Shown: positions 32,610 to 44,685 of the stretch, one piece after another
Layout: each line of letters opens with the position of its first letter
How positions within the stretch are numbered: position 1 is the first letter of the stretch
NCBI GenBank assembly: GCA_011774835.1
Contig: JAACAK010000067.1
Coordinates: 24,169-88,168, forward strand
Length of the DNA stretch: 64,000 bases
Origin: Candidatus Kutchimonas denitrificans
GTDB taxonomy: Bacteria; Gemmatimonadota; Gemmatimonadetes; Palauibacterales; KS3-K002
Direction: 5' to 3'
Notes under the pieces: model-generated
The model's database searches: none
Told to the model about the DNA's origin: nothing
What the model saw: the letters and a program-made list of their open reading frames with translations, nothing else
Made by a program: the position numbers and the translations under genes

Positions 32610-33517
32610 CGGAGGAGACCGCTCAGCGCTTCCACACCGAGCGCTTCGAGGACTACCTTCGCTTCGAGCGAGGTCTCACCGCCACGACGACCTCCGCCTA
32701 CGCGGCCGACGTCCTCGAGCTCATCTCGTTTCTCGAATCGGAGGGGTTCGCGTCGCCGCACGGCGTGGGGTTGGCCCAGCTTCGCGAGTTCGTCTACAGC
32801 CTCAGGGAGACGGGGCGCGCGGCATCCAGCATCCGGCGCAAGATCTCGGCCGTTCGGAGCTATTTCGGGTTCCTTCAGGCCGAAGGGATCATCGACGGGG
32901 ACCCGAGCGAGCTGCTCGAGGGCCCGAAGGCCCGTCGCGCTCTTCCCGCCGTTCTGAGCGAAGCGGAGATCGAGTCGCTGCTCGAATCGCTGCAGGGCTC
33001 GGATCCCTTGACGCTTCGCGATCGCTCGATCCTCGAGCTCATGTACGCCACCGGCGTCCGCATCTCCGAGTTGATCGGCCTGAGGATTCGAGATCTCGAT
33101 CTCGACGAGCGTCTGGTCAGAGTCGTCGGCAAGGGCTCGAAGGAACGAATCGTCCCGTTCGGGTCGGTCGCCCTCGACGCGCTGCTCGCCTACCTGAGCG
33201 AAGCTCGGCCGGTCCTGGTCGGCGACAGGGGCGAGGGAGCGGGCACCCTGTACATCAGTCGGCGCGGGCGTCCGCTGAGCCGGAAGGGCGCCTGGGAAAT
33301 CGTGCGTCGCCGGGTGCAGGCGGCGGGAATCGGCAAGGACGTGACCCCACACACGCTGCGGCATAGCTTCGCCACTCACCTGCTGCAGGGCGGCGCCGAC
33401 ATCGCCGCCGTTCAGGAGATGCTGGGCCACGCGGACATCGCCACCACGCAAATCTATACGCACCTCGATCGAGGGTATCTGACCGATGTCCATCGAAGAT
33501 ACCACCCCAGGGCCTAG
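32606..33517 (+). CDS. xerD: Tyrosine site-specific recombinase XerD
   Basis: Catalytic R…HxxR…Y set (…ATGVRISEL…, …HTLRHSFATHLL…, …TQIYTHL…) and the XerD-type C-terminus …HRRYHPRA. A TTG start overlapping the dedA stop is inferred. Confidence 0.85.
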   Translation: MTEETAQRFHTERFEDYLRFERGLTATTTSAYAADVLELISFLESEGFASPHGVGLAQLREFVYSLRETGRAASSIRRKISAVRSYFGFLQAEGIIDGDPSELLEGPKARRALPAVLSEAEIESLLESLQGSDPLTLRDRSILELMYATGVRISELIGLRIRDLDLDERLVRVVGKGSKERIVPFGSVALDALLAYLSEARPVLVGDRGEGAGTLYISRRGRPLSRKGAWEIVRRRVQAAGIGKDVTPHTLRHSFATHLLQGGADIAAVQEMLGHADIATTQIYTHLDRGYLTDVHRRYHPRA

Positions 33518-33529
33518 AACGGGGATCAG

Positions 33530-35113
33530 GTGAACAACCGAACGATATGTAAACGCGGGAGATACGTGGCAGGCTCGGGTCGAGGCGGACCCGGGGACCG
33601 CGACCCCCATCGTCCGGGCTCGGCCGCGGGTCGGCGGCGCTGGCGCCGACTGCTGGTGCCGTGGACCGTGGCCTGGGTTCTGTTCGGCGGCGCCGCGTCG
33701 GGGCAGGTGGTGGAGTTCCGTGCCGGCAGCGGCGGTCTGGCTCGAGCCGATGAGGTGGTGCGGAGCGTGCTGGCCCGGGGCGATTATGTGGTGCTCACGG
33801 CGGACCGCGTGCTGTCCCCCGGGGAGGTGATCGACGGGGATGTGATCGTGCTGGGGGCGACGCTGCGGGTGGAGGGCACGATCCGTGGCGATCTGGTTGG
33901 GGTTCAGAGCGACATATTCGCCCGGCCGGGTGGCGAGGTGGGAGGGACGGTCGTGGTGCTGGGCGGCGGCTTCTACGGCTCGACGCTGGCGCGACTGGCG
34001 CGGCGACCGGTGAGTGCGGCGGTCTACGGCTATACTTACGAGACGACGCGAGGCGGCGGCTACGCGATCGTCGCTCCGGGGGGGAGGGTAAGCCTGCGGC
34101 CCGCGGGGCTGTACGGGCTGCTGCTTCCGGAGTACGACCGTGTGAATGCGTTGACGATTCCGCTGGGGCTGGATTTCGATCGCGGGGGCATGTCCGCGTT
34201 GCCCGACGCGGAGTTGCGATTGAGGATCCGCAGCGCCCGGGAGATGTTGGACGGAGCCCTCAGGCTTCGCTGGCGAACCGGACGGCACGCGGTATCGCTG
34301 GCGGGAGGCCGCACCGTCAGAACGAACGACGGCTGGATCAACGGAGACGTGGACAACTCGCTCTATTCGTTCATCGGAGCGGTGGACACCCGCAACTACT
34401 ACGACGCCGACTTCGTGGCGGCGGGGATCGAACTGGGCTTCGGTTCGAACGCCCTATGGAACGCCGGGCTGACGCTCGGTTGGGAGCGCGCCCGGCCGCT
34501 GGCCAACGAGGACCCGTTCTCCCTGTTCGAGGTTCGGGCCGGCGGTTTCCAGCCCAACGCCCCGGCGCTCGCGGCCGATGCCGCCAGCCTGAAGCTGGCG
34601 GGCGGCGTAGCGACAGAACGCGCCGACGGCCCGGGCTTGACGGTCCAGGCCGAGCTCGAGATCGCCGACGACGCGGTGGCGGGCGACCTGACCTTCGCGT
34701 TGCTGGGCGGTGGCTTCCGTCTTCGCCTCCCCACGGTTGGACGCCAGGCGTTGGTGATCGAGGGGAGGGGACAGGCTTCGCTCGACGACGACGCGCCGCC
34801 CCAGCGCTGGCGGAGCCTGGGTGGCTGGGGGTCGCTCCCGACCCTCGTTCCCACCGGCCAGTCGGGCGACCGCATGTGGTGGACGGCGGCCACCTACCAG
34901 ATCCCACTCAGCGACCGGCTGGGCCGGCTGCCCTCCCCCTTCCTCTGGGTCCAATACGGGGCGGGCAACGCCTGGACCGCCGGTTCGCGACCCTCGACGG
35001 TCCACGATCTGGGCCTCGGCCTCACCTTCGGACCCCTGGCTCTGGCCCTCTACACGGCCCCCAGCGACGAGTTCAAGACGGTCTTCACCGTGGGCTTCGA
35101 CCCGCGCCACTGA
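33530..35113 (+). CDS. Exported hypothetical protein with a short bactofilin-like β-helical segment and a large Gly/Ala-rich C-terminal domain
   Basis: Arg-rich N-terminus followed by a hydrophobic stretch (…LLVPWTVAWVLFGGAASGQ…). A segment …DGDVIVLGATLRVEGTIRGDLVGVQSDIFARPGGEVGGTVVVLGGG… resembles bactofilin/polymer-forming repeats. No other family recognised; start codon uncertain. Confidence 0.5.
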   Translation: MNNRTICKRGRYVAGSGRGGPGDRDPHRPGSAAGRRRWRRLLVPWTVAWVLFGGAASGQVVEFRAGSGGLARADEVVRSVLARGDYVVLTADRVLSPGEVIDGDVIVLGATLRVEGTIRGDLVGVQSDIFARPGGEVGGTVVVLGGGFYGSTLARLARRPVSAAVYGYTYETTRGGGYAIVAPGGRVSLRPAGLYGLLLPEYDRVNALTIPLGLDFDRGGMSALPDAELRLRIRSAREMLDGALRLRWRTGRHAVSLAGGRTVRTNDGWINGDVDNSLYSFIGAVDTRNYYDADFVAAGIELGFGSNALWNAGLTLGWERARPLANEDPFSLFEVRAGGFQPNAPALAADAASLKLAGGVATERADGPGLTVQAELEIADDAVAGDLTFALLGGGFRLRLPTVGRQALVIEGRGQASLDDDAPPQRWRSLGGWGSLPTLVPTGQSGDRMWWTAATYQIPLSDRLGRLPSPFLWVQYGAGNAWTAGSRPSTVHDLGLGLTFGPLALALYTAPSDEFKTVFTVGFDPRH

Positions 35114-35141
35114 GGCCGCCCACGTCGCGTAACAGCCAGTT

Positions 35142-35170
35142 TTGACAAAGATTTAGTGGCTGGTTATGAT
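35142..35170 (+). promoter_or_regulatory. σ70-like promoter (TTGACA-17 nt-TATGAT) upstream of the kdsB-led gene string
   Basis: TTGACA at 35142-35147 and TATGAT at 35165-35170 with exact 17-nt spacing, 68 nt upstream of the kdsB ATG. Flanked by a short CAGCCAG/CTGGCTG-like inverted repeat. Confidence 0.55.
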
Positions 35171-35237
35171 AGTGGCGTGAAAATTGCTACACGGGGCGCC
35201 TCCCTCCGGTTGGGACCTCCAAAACGCGAGGCCTGAT

Positions 35238-37645
<2,408 letters not shown>

Positions 37646-37659
37646 AGGAACGCTGAGGC

Positions 37660-38493
37660 ATGAACGACATCTCGGCACTGTTCAGCCCGGGCGCTGGCTT
37701 CTTTCTGATCGCCGGACCCTGCGTGCTCGAGGACAAGAGCACGAACCTCCGCGTGGCCGAGCGAGTGGCTCGAGTCGGGGAGCGGCTGGCCGTTCCCGTG
37801 ATCTTCAAGGCCTCTTTTGACAAGGCCAACCGCAGCAGCCTGGACGCGCCGCGCGGGCCCGGCCTGGAGGACGGTCTCCGGCTCCTCCAGGAGGTGAAGG
37901 ACGAGACCGGGCTGCCGGTGACGACCGACATACACGAACCCGCCCAGGCGCAGGTCGCCGCCGAGCTGGTCGATCTGCTCCAGATCCCCGCGTTCCTCTG
38001 TCGACAGACCGACCTGATCGTGGCGGCCGCCGCCACGGGTCGACCGGTCAATCTGAAGAAGGGGCAGTGGATGGCACCACAGGACATGGCGAACCAGGTG
38101 GAGAAGGCACGGCGCAGCGGTGCCCGCTCGGTTTCCGTCACGGAACGCGGGTCGGCGTTCGGCTATCACAACCTGGTCGTCGACATGCGGTCGTTCGCCG
38201 TCCTGAAGGAAACGTGCGGGTGCCCGGCGGTGTTCGACGCGACTCACTCGGTGCAGCTGCCGGGCGGTGCGGGGTCTCACAGTGGAGGCGAGCCGCGTCA
38301 CATCGCGGCCCTCGCCATGGCCGCGACGGCGGCGGGAGCCGACGCGCTGTTCGTCGAGGTCCATCCGGAGCCTGCCCGGGCGCCTTCCGACGCCGCGAGC
38401 ATGCTGAGGCTGTCGGAGCTCGAGGGCCTCGTGGAACGCGTGCTGGCGGTGCGTGCCGCGGCGTGGCCGGGCTCGAGGTCGACCGATGGCTGA
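37660..38493 (+). CDS. kdsA: 2-dehydro-3-deoxyphosphooctonate aldolase (Kdo-8-P synthase)
   Basis: …IAGPCVLE… and …IFKASFDKANRSS… DAHP/KDO8P synthase family motifs. Confidence 0.9.
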   Translation: MNDISALFSPGAGFFLIAGPCVLEDKSTNLRVAERVARVGERLAVPVIFKASFDKANRSSLDAPRGPGLEDGLRLLQEVKDETGLPVTTDIHEPAQAQVAAELVDLLQIPAFLCRQTDLIVAAAATGRPVNLKKGQWMAPQDMANQVEKARRSGARSVSVTERGSAFGYHNLVVDMRSFAVLKETCGCPAVFDATHSVQLPGGAGSHSGGEPRHIAALAMAATAAGADALFVEVHPEPARAPSDAASMLRLSELEGLVERVLAVRAAAWPGSRSTDG

Positions 38494-39061
38494 GCGCGAC
38501 GCGATCCCGACCGAGACCGCTGCCGCGGTGAAGCTGGTGGTCCTGGACGTGGACGGGGTGATGACCGATGGCGGCATCTACTACGCCGCGGGGCCCGAGG
38601 GCGGAACGCTGGAGCTGAAGCGGTTCGAGATCACCGATGGGCTCGGCATCAAGCTGCTGCAGCGGGCCGGGATCGAGGTGGCGTTCGTCACGGGCCGCCA
38701 CTCGGAGATAGTGGAGATGCGCGGCCGCGAGCTGGGCGTTCGAGAGATCCACCAGGACCCGGCGGCGAAGAAGCTGCCGATCGTCCGGGCGATCCTGGAC
38801 CGTAAGGCCCTCGATTGGAAAGCCGTGGCCTTCGTCTCCGACGATCTGGCAGACATGCCGGTGCTGAAGCGCTGCGGGCTGCCGGTCGCGGTGGCGAACG
38901 CCGTGCCCGAAGTGAGCGCCGCTGCGATCTGGCAGACGACCCGGCCGGGCGGCTCGGGGGCGGTACGCGAGTTCGCCGAAGCGTTGCTGCGTGCCCGGGG
39001 CGACTGGGATACAGTGGTGGGCAGCTATCTGGCCGAACGTGAGGTCGGTGCCGATGGATAA
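38486..39061 (+). CDS. kdsC: Kdo-8-phosphate phosphatase (HAD superfamily)
   Basis: HAD motif I …VVLDVDGVMTDG…. Size and family match KdsC. Internal ATG 38486 (MAERDA…). Confidence 0.85.
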   Translation: MAERDAIPTETAAAVKLVVLDVDGVMTDGGIYYAAGPEGGTLELKRFEITDGLGIKLLQRAGIEVAFVTGRHSEIVEMRGRELGVREIHQDPAAKKLPIVRAILDRKALDWKAVAFVSDDLADMPVLKRCGLPVAVANAVPEVSAAAIWQTTRPGGSGAVREFAEALLRARGDWDTVVGSYLAEREVGADG

Positions 39062-40022
39062 GAGCCAGCTGATCGAAACCGGCAAGCAGGTGATTCGCCT
39101 GGAAGCCCGGGAGGTGGAGCGGCTGGCCGATCGGATCGGCGAGGAGTTCGCCCGCGCGGTGGAGCTGCTGGTCGGCCTCAAGGGACGGGCGATCGTATCG
39201 GGCGTGGGTAAATCGGGTATCATCGCTCGCAAGCTGGCCGCGACCCTGACGTCCACGGGGACGCCGGCCTTCTTTCTGCACCCGGTGGAGGGGCTCCACG
39301 GCGACGTGGGCATGGTACTTCGGGACGATCTGTTGATACTGATCTCGAAGAGCGGCGAGTCCGAGGAGCTGTTCGATTTGCTGCGTGCGGTCAAGCGATT
39401 GGGCGTGCCGATCATCACCTTCACCGGCAGCCGCGGATCCACGCTGGCGGACTATTCCGACATCCTGCTCGATGTCGCCGTCGAGGAGGAAGCGTGCCCT
39501 CACGACCTGGCACCGACGGCCAGTACGACGGCCGCCCTGGCGATGAGCGACGCACTGGCGGTGTCGGTCCTGACACGAAAGGGGTTCGGCCAGGACGACT
39601 TCGCCAAACTGCACCCCGGTGGCAAGCTGGGACGTCAGCTGTTGAAGGTCTCCGACCTCATGGTGTCGGAGCCGGACAAAGTCCCCTGGCTCGCCAAGAC
39701 GGCGACGCTGCGCGAGGCGATGCTGGAGATCGCCTTCAAGCGGGGAACGGTGCCGATCGTCGATGACGAGCGGCGAATCATCGGCGTGATCACGGCCGGT
39801 GACCTGACCCGCTTCGTCGACAACAAGGAGGAGTTCTTCCACCGCCAGGTGTCCGAAGCCATGAACCCGAATCCGAAGACCGTCCGCTGTGACACGCTGG
39901 CCGTGGAGGCGGTCTATCTGATGGAAAAGCACGGGATCATGGCCCTGCCGGTGGAGGACGCCGACGAGCGGTTGGCCGGCATGGTTCACCTTCACGACCT
40001 GATGCGGGCCCGGGTGGTCTAG
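39054..40022 (+). CDS. kdsD: Arabinose-5-phosphate isomerase (SIS domain plus CBS pair)
   Basis: SIS motif …SGVGKSGIIARK…ISKSGESEE… and a C-terminal CBS pair. ATG 39054. Confidence 0.88.
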   Translation: MDKSQLIETGKQVIRLEAREVERLADRIGEEFARAVELLVGLKGRAIVSGVGKSGIIARKLAATLTSTGTPAFFLHPVEGLHGDVGMVLRDDLLILISKSGESEELFDLLRAVKRLGVPIITFTGSRGSTLADYSDILLDVAVEEEACPHDLAPTASTTAALAMSDALAVSVLTRKGFGQDDFAKLHPGGKLGRQLLKVSDLMVSEPDKVPWLAKTATLREAMLEIAFKRGTVPIVDDERRIIGVITAGDLTRFVDNKEEFFHRQVSEAMNPNPKTVRCDTLAVEAVYLMEKHGIMALPVEDADERLAGMVHLHDLMRARVV

Positions 40023-40023
40023 C

Positions 40024-40584
40024 ATGAGAGCCGCCGCCGCAGCGATCGCGGGATTGCTCCTCGCCCTGGCCGCCTGCAGCGACAGCAACGAGGCGCCGCT
40101 GGTGGCCGAAGAGATCTTGCGGCTGAACGAGCGGGCGAACCGCGTCGCCATCGGACTCGAGCACTACGTGGCGTCCGAAGGCATCCGGCGCGCCAAGGTC
40201 GTTGCCGACACGGCGTTCTTCATCGAAGAAGAGTCGCTGATCGAGCTTCGGGACATGGAAGTGACCTTTTACGATGAGGACGGCAAGGAGACCACGTTTC
40301 TGACGGCACGCGAAGGCACGTACGATTGGGAGACCGGGAACATGACGGCCAGGCATGACGTGGTCGTCGTCAAGCGCGAGGAAGGGCGCCGGATAGAGAC
40401 TTCGGTCATGTACTACGAGCGACCGGAGGACCGGATCTGGAGCGATGTCCGGACCACGATGTACGAAGAGGATGGAACGATCGTCGAGGGGACGTCCTTC
40501 ACGTCCAATTCGGGGATGGACAGGGTCGAGCTGACGGAACCAAGCGTCATCCGACGCGGCAGCCAACCCCGGTCCGAAGAGTGA
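40024..40584 (+). CDS. lptC: LPS export system protein LptC (membrane-anchored/lipoprotein-like)
   Basis: ~185 aa with an N-terminal anchor (…LLLALAACSDS…). LptC/OstA-type β-jellyroll size and character. Conserved position kdsD-kdsC-lptC-lptA-lptB. Confidence 0.7.
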   Translation: MRAAAAAIAGLLLALAACSDSNEAPLVAEEILRLNERANRVAIGLEHYVASEGIRRAKVVADTAFFIEEESLIELRDMEVTFYDEDGKETTFLTAREGTYDWETGNMTARHDVVVVKREEGRRIETSVMYYERPEDRIWSDVRTTMYEEDGTIVEGTSFTSNSGMDRVELTEPSVIRRGSQPRSEE

Positions 40585-40585
40585 G

Positions 40586-42049
40586 ATGCGGACCGCGCTG
40601 CGAGCGGCGCTTCTCGCTGTGGCAACCCTCGAGCTGTTACCCGGGATCGGGCAGCAGCAGGAGCAGGATTGCGATCTGGAGGTACTCAGAACACCGGGAT
40701 CGAGAGGCGAGATGGTAACGCTGCCCGACGGCGAGGTACGGATCGATCAGTGGGGCGGCGTGGAAGCCGTCTGCGGCGATCGACGGCTGCGCGCCGACAG
40801 CGCCAGCTACTACCAGAACCGTGGCGTTCTCTTTCTGGTCGGTGACATGCGGTATGCAGACGACGAGCGGGAACTGGTGGCAGATCGAGGCACCTATTAC
40901 GAGCGCGAGGCGCGGATGCGGGCGGAAGGGAACGTCCGACTCACCGACGCCGATGGACGATCGACTTTGACGACGCAGCTGCTCGACTACTTCCCGGCAA
41001 ACGAGAACCGGCCGCGTGAGCGCATGTTCGCGCCGAGGCGACCGCACCTGACGTACTACCCGGAAACGACCACCGAACCGGACGCCCTGCCGTTCGAGGT
41101 GGACGCCGATCGACTCCACATATACGGGGACTCGGCGGTGGCCGGCGCCGGTCGCGTCGTCGCCATACGTGGCGACCTGGTCGCCCACGCCGATTCGATG
41201 GATCTCGACCTGGCGGGAGACCGCCTCTGGCTGCTCGGCGGCCCGCAGGTGACCTCGGACTCGATGGTCCTCTCGGGAGACACCATCCTCGTACTCATGC
41301 AGGAGCAGCAGATTCGCGAGATCGAGGCCTGGCCCGCGGGCTCGGCCACGAGCCGCGAGATGTCCCTGGAGGCCCCCTTGCTCCGCATGTTCGTCGAGGA
41401 CGACGAAGTGAATCGCCTCGTGGCGGCGCCGGGCGACCCGGCTCGTACCGGCGCGGAGGAAAGCCCGGAGCGGGACCCCTGGGCGGTCAGCGTGTCCACC
41501 GACTACAGGCTGGAGGCGGACTCCATCGATATTCAGCGGCCGGGCGGCGTGCTCGATCGGGTATTCGCCCTGCGGCGCGCCCGGGCCGAGAGCACCGAGG
41601 AGGTGATACCCGGCGGTGGTTTCCTGGCCCGCGACTGGCTGGAGGGAGACACGATCACGGGCTTCTTTACCGTCCGGGATTCCGGCAGCGCCAGCGGGGA
41701 CGCCGAGCTCACGCGACTGCGGGCGTCGGGGAACGCCCGCGCGCTTCATTACGTGCGGCAGGAAGACGCGGGCGACGGCCAACTTCCCGCCCCCAACTAC
41801 GTGAAGGGACGGGAGATCATTCTGGAGCTGGAGGACGGGGAGGTCCGCCAGGTCCGGGTCATCGGCCCGGCCCGGGGAGTCTATCTGGAGCCGATTCCAC
41901 CCTCACCCGACGATACGACGGGGCGCGATACGAGCGGCCTGTCGCTGCCGGACTCGATCCGGGAAGCGACGGAGGACACGACGCCCCCCGTCCCTCCCGA
42001 CACCGTTCCGCGCGATACCGTCCCCTCTGCGGGACCGGGAGGCCGGTAA
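40586..42049 (+). CDS. lptA: LptA/OstA-N-domain periplasmic protein, unusually long (487 aa) with a Pro/Thr-rich C-terminal tail
   Basis: Signal peptide. Repeated OstA-like segments (…[41 protein letters not shown]…). Positioned between lptC and lptB. Tail is …[23 protein letters not shown]. Confidence 0.65.
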   Translation: MRTALRAALLAVATLELLPGIGQQQEQDCDLEVLRTPGSRGEMVTLPDGEVRIDQWGGVEAVCGDRRLRADSASYYQNRGVLFLVGDMRYADDERELVADRGTYYEREARMRAEGNVRLTDADGRSTLTTQLLDYFPANENRPRERMFAPRRPHLTYYPETTTEPDALPFEVDADRLHIYGDSAVAGAGRVVAIRGDLVAHADSMDLDLAGDRLWLLGGPQVTSDSMVLSGDTILVLMQEQQIREIEAWPAGSATSREMSLEAPLLRMFVEDDEVNRLVAAPGDPARTGAEESPERDPWAVSVSTDYRLEADSIDIQRPGGVLDRVFALRRARAESTEEVIPGGGFLARDWLEGDTITGFFTVRDSGSASGDAELTRLRASGNARALHYVRQEDAGDGQLPAPNYVKGREIILELEDGEVRQVRVIGPARGVYLEPIPPSPDDTTGRDTSGLSLPDSIREATEDTTPPVPPDTVPRDTVPSAGPGGR

Positions 42050-42051
42050 CC

Positions 42052-43230
42052 GTGGAGAGCCTCGACCTTCGCAGCTTCGTCGTGGAGCTGCCGGCCCATG
42101 AAGCTCCGCTGCTCATCGCGTTGCGCGAGATCCTACTGCGCGCCGACGAGGCCGGCCGCATCGACAAAGGCCAGCTGGTCGAGGGCTTTCGCGAGTCGTA
42201 CCTGCTCCACTACGGCCGCGTGGCACAAGCCGGCTCACCCGAAAGCCGGCGGCTGTTCGAAATTCGACGCATGACGACCGAACAGGTCGACAGCTATTTG
42301 AGCGAGCAGATCCTCGCCCGCCTGGAGGCCGAGGGTCTGCTCGAGCAAAACGGCGATGAGCCCGGAGCCCGACTGGTCCTGTCACCCACGATCCGGAGCG
42401 ATGTGGGTCGGGACCGGACCGACATCCAGCAGCTGCTGGATCGGGAGATCGAAAAGCGGTTGCTCGCCCCCGAGGAGGAGCCGGAGCCCCGCCGGATCGT
42501 TCCCGATGGCAGTCGCATTGCGACCGATGGGCTGGTGAAGGTCTACAAGCGTCGGCGCGTCGTGGATGACGTCGACCTGAGCGTGAGGCAAGGCGAGATC
42601 GTGGGTCTCCTGGGACCCAATGGAGCCGGAAAGACCACGACGTTCTACATGATCGTGGGGCTCGTCGCACCCGACGCCGGCGAGGTCTTTATCGACCAGC
42701 GGCCCTTGTCGCACGTGCCGATGTACCGGCGAGCACGTCTCGGTATCGGTTACCTGTCACAGGAGCCATCGGTCTTCCGAAAGCTGACCGTAGAGGAGAA
42801 TATCGAGGCCATCCTGGAGACACTGTCCATTTCGGAAGAGGAGAAGTCCGAGCGGCTCGAATCGCTGCTCGACGAGCTGTCGATCAAGCACCTGAGAGAG
42901 AACCGAGCGTACTCGCTGTCGGGCGGTGAGCGGCGGCGCCTGGAGATCACACGCGCCCTGGTGACCGATCCCAAGTTCATGCTCCTCGACGAGCCGTTCG
43001 CCGGCGTCGACCCCATCGCGGTGGATGATATCCAGCGCATCGTGGCCGACCTGAAGCATCGCGGCCTGGGCGTGCTGATCACCGATCACAACGTACGTGA
43101 GACACTTTCGATCACGGACCGTGCCTATATCATGTTCGATGGGAAAATCCACATCGAGGGCACGTCCGAGGAACTGGTTAACGATCCGCAGGCGCGTAAG
43201 TTATATTTAGGTGAGGATTTTCGCCTGTAG
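42052..43230 (+). CDS. lptB: LPS export ABC transporter ATPase LptB with a ~150-aa N-terminal extension
   Basis: C-terminal 240 aa align with LptB (…[34 protein letters not shown]…[11 protein letters not shown]…[11 protein letters not shown]…). No in-frame ATG/GTG/TTG is available near the canonical LptB N-terminus, so the upstream 150 codons are read as part of the protein. Confidence 0.8.
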   Translation: MESLDLRSFVVELPAHEAPLLIALREILLRADEAGRIDKGQLVEGFRESYLLHYGRVAQAGSPESRRLFEIRRMTTEQVDSYLSEQILARLEAEGLLEQNGDEPGARLVLSPTIRSDVGRDRTDIQQLLDREIEKRLLAPEEEPEPRRIVPDGSRIATDGLVKVYKRRRVVDDVDLSVRQGEIVGLLGPNGAGKTTTFYMIVGLVAPDAGEVFIDQRPLSHVPMYRRARLGIGYLSQEPSVFRKLTVEENIEAILETLSISEEEKSERLESLLDELSIKHLRENRAYSLSGGERRRLEITRALVTDPKFMLLDEPFAGVDPIAVDDIQRIVADLKHRGLGVLITDHNVRETLSITDRAYIMFDGKIHIEGTSEELVNDPQARKLYLGEDFRL

Positions 43231-43245
43231 GGAGAGGGAGAGGCG

Positions 43246-44685
43246 ATGAAAGTCGGCCTACAACAAAGCGTTAAACTCGGGCAGGAGCTGAGGATCAATC
43301 CACGCCTGTACCAGGCGATGGACCTGCTGTATATGCCGCTTCTCGATCTGCAGCAGCATCTCAAGCAGGAGCTGGTCCAGAACCCATTCCTCGAGATGGT
43401 GGAGCCCAGCGAGGATCCTGCCCTGGAAGAGAACGCCGAGGAGACCAAGGAGGACGAGAACGAGGTCGATTGGGAGGACATATTGCTCGACGGCCTCGAT
43501 GGCGGCGGTCGGCGCGAGGAATACGAGGAGAAGGAGTACTACGAGCCTACCGCGGTGGCGACGCGCGACCTGTACGATCACCTTCACGACCAGATCGCAC
43601 TGCTTCGGCTCGAGCCCCGCCAGGTGATGGTCGCGGAAGAGATCATCGGGAACATCGACGAGACCGGCTTCCTGACCTGTCCGTTGGAGCAGGTCGTCGA
43701 ATCACTCAACAACTTCCTGGACAGCGAAGAGGCGCGAAACGCGGGGTTCGGGGAGGAGCCTGTGTTCACGGTGGAAGAAGTCGAGGAGGTTCTGAAGATC
43801 ATACAGAACCTCGATCCCGCCGGGATCGCCGCGCGAAATCTCAGGGAGTGCCTGCTGCTCCAGTTGCGCGAGGCCGAGCTGGAAGACGGGGTCGTGTTCG
43901 ACATCGTGGACAAGCACTTCGACCAGCTGGTCAATCACCGCTGGGCGGAGATCTCGAAGGAGCTGGGTGTCAGTCCGCAGGAGGTACAGGCGGCGGCCGA
44001 CGAGATCGCGAAGCTGGACCCGAAGCCGGGCCTGCAGTATTCGAGCGGCGAGGGCAACTACATCATACCGGACCTGGTGGTGGAGAAGGTCGGTAGCGAG
44101 TACATCGTGTTCCACAACGACACGGTCTTGCCACGACTTCGCCTGTCGCGTTCGTACCGAGAGGTGGCGAGAGACAAGTCGAAGTTCAAAGGCGAGAACA
44201 AGGAGTTCATCTCCAACAAGCTCAACAACGCCAACTGGATGCTCCAGGCGATCGAGCAGCGGCGTCAGACGATGCTGAAGGTCATGAACTTCATCGTGGA
44301 CCGGCAGCGCGACTTCTTCGAGGAGGGCGTCGAGCACCTGAAGCCCCTGACCCTGCGCGAGGTCGCCGAGGTCATCAACATGCACGAGTCCACGGTCTCG
44401 CGGGTGACGAACCAGAAGTACGTGCAGACGCCGCGCGGCGTTCTTCCGCTCAAGTTCTTCTTCTCCAGCGGTCTTTCCACCGACTCCGGTGAGGACGTCT
44501 CGGCACGCGGCATCAAGGCGCGGATCGAGAAGCTGGTGGATGAGGAGGACACGAAGAAGCCCCTCACGGATCAGGCGATCGTGGACATCCTGAAGCGAGA
44601 GGGAATCAACATCGCGCGCCGCACCGTAGCGAAGTACCGCGACCAGCTGGGTATCCTTTCAGCTCGCATGCGCAAGCGAGTATGA
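43246..44685 (+). CDS. rpoN: RNA polymerase sigma-54 factor
   Basis: Gln/Leu-rich region I, acidic region II, and the C-terminal HTH plus RpoN box (…ARRTVAKYR…). Confidence 0.92.
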   Translation: MKVGLQQSVKLGQELRINPRLYQAMDLLYMPLLDLQQHLKQELVQNPFLEMVEPSEDPALEENAEETKEDENEVDWEDILLDGLDGGGRREEYEEKEYYEPTAVATRDLYDHLHDQIALLRLEPRQVMVAEEIIGNIDETGFLTCPLEQVVESLNNFLDSEEARNAGFGEEPVFTVEEVEEVLKIIQNLDPAGIAARNLRECLLLQLREAELEDGVVFDIVDKHFDQLVNHRWAEISKELGVSPQEVQAAADEIAKLDPKPGLQYSSGEGNYIIPDLVVEKVGSEYIVFHNDTVLPRLRLSRSYREVARDKSKFKGENKEFISNKLNNANWMLQAIEQRRQTMLKVMNFIVDRQRDFFEEGVEHLKPLTLREVAEVINMHESTVSRVTNQKYVQTPRGVLPLKFFFSSGLSTDSGEDVSARGIKARIEKLVDEEDTKKPLTDQAIVDILKREGINIARRTVAKYRDQLGILSARMRKRV

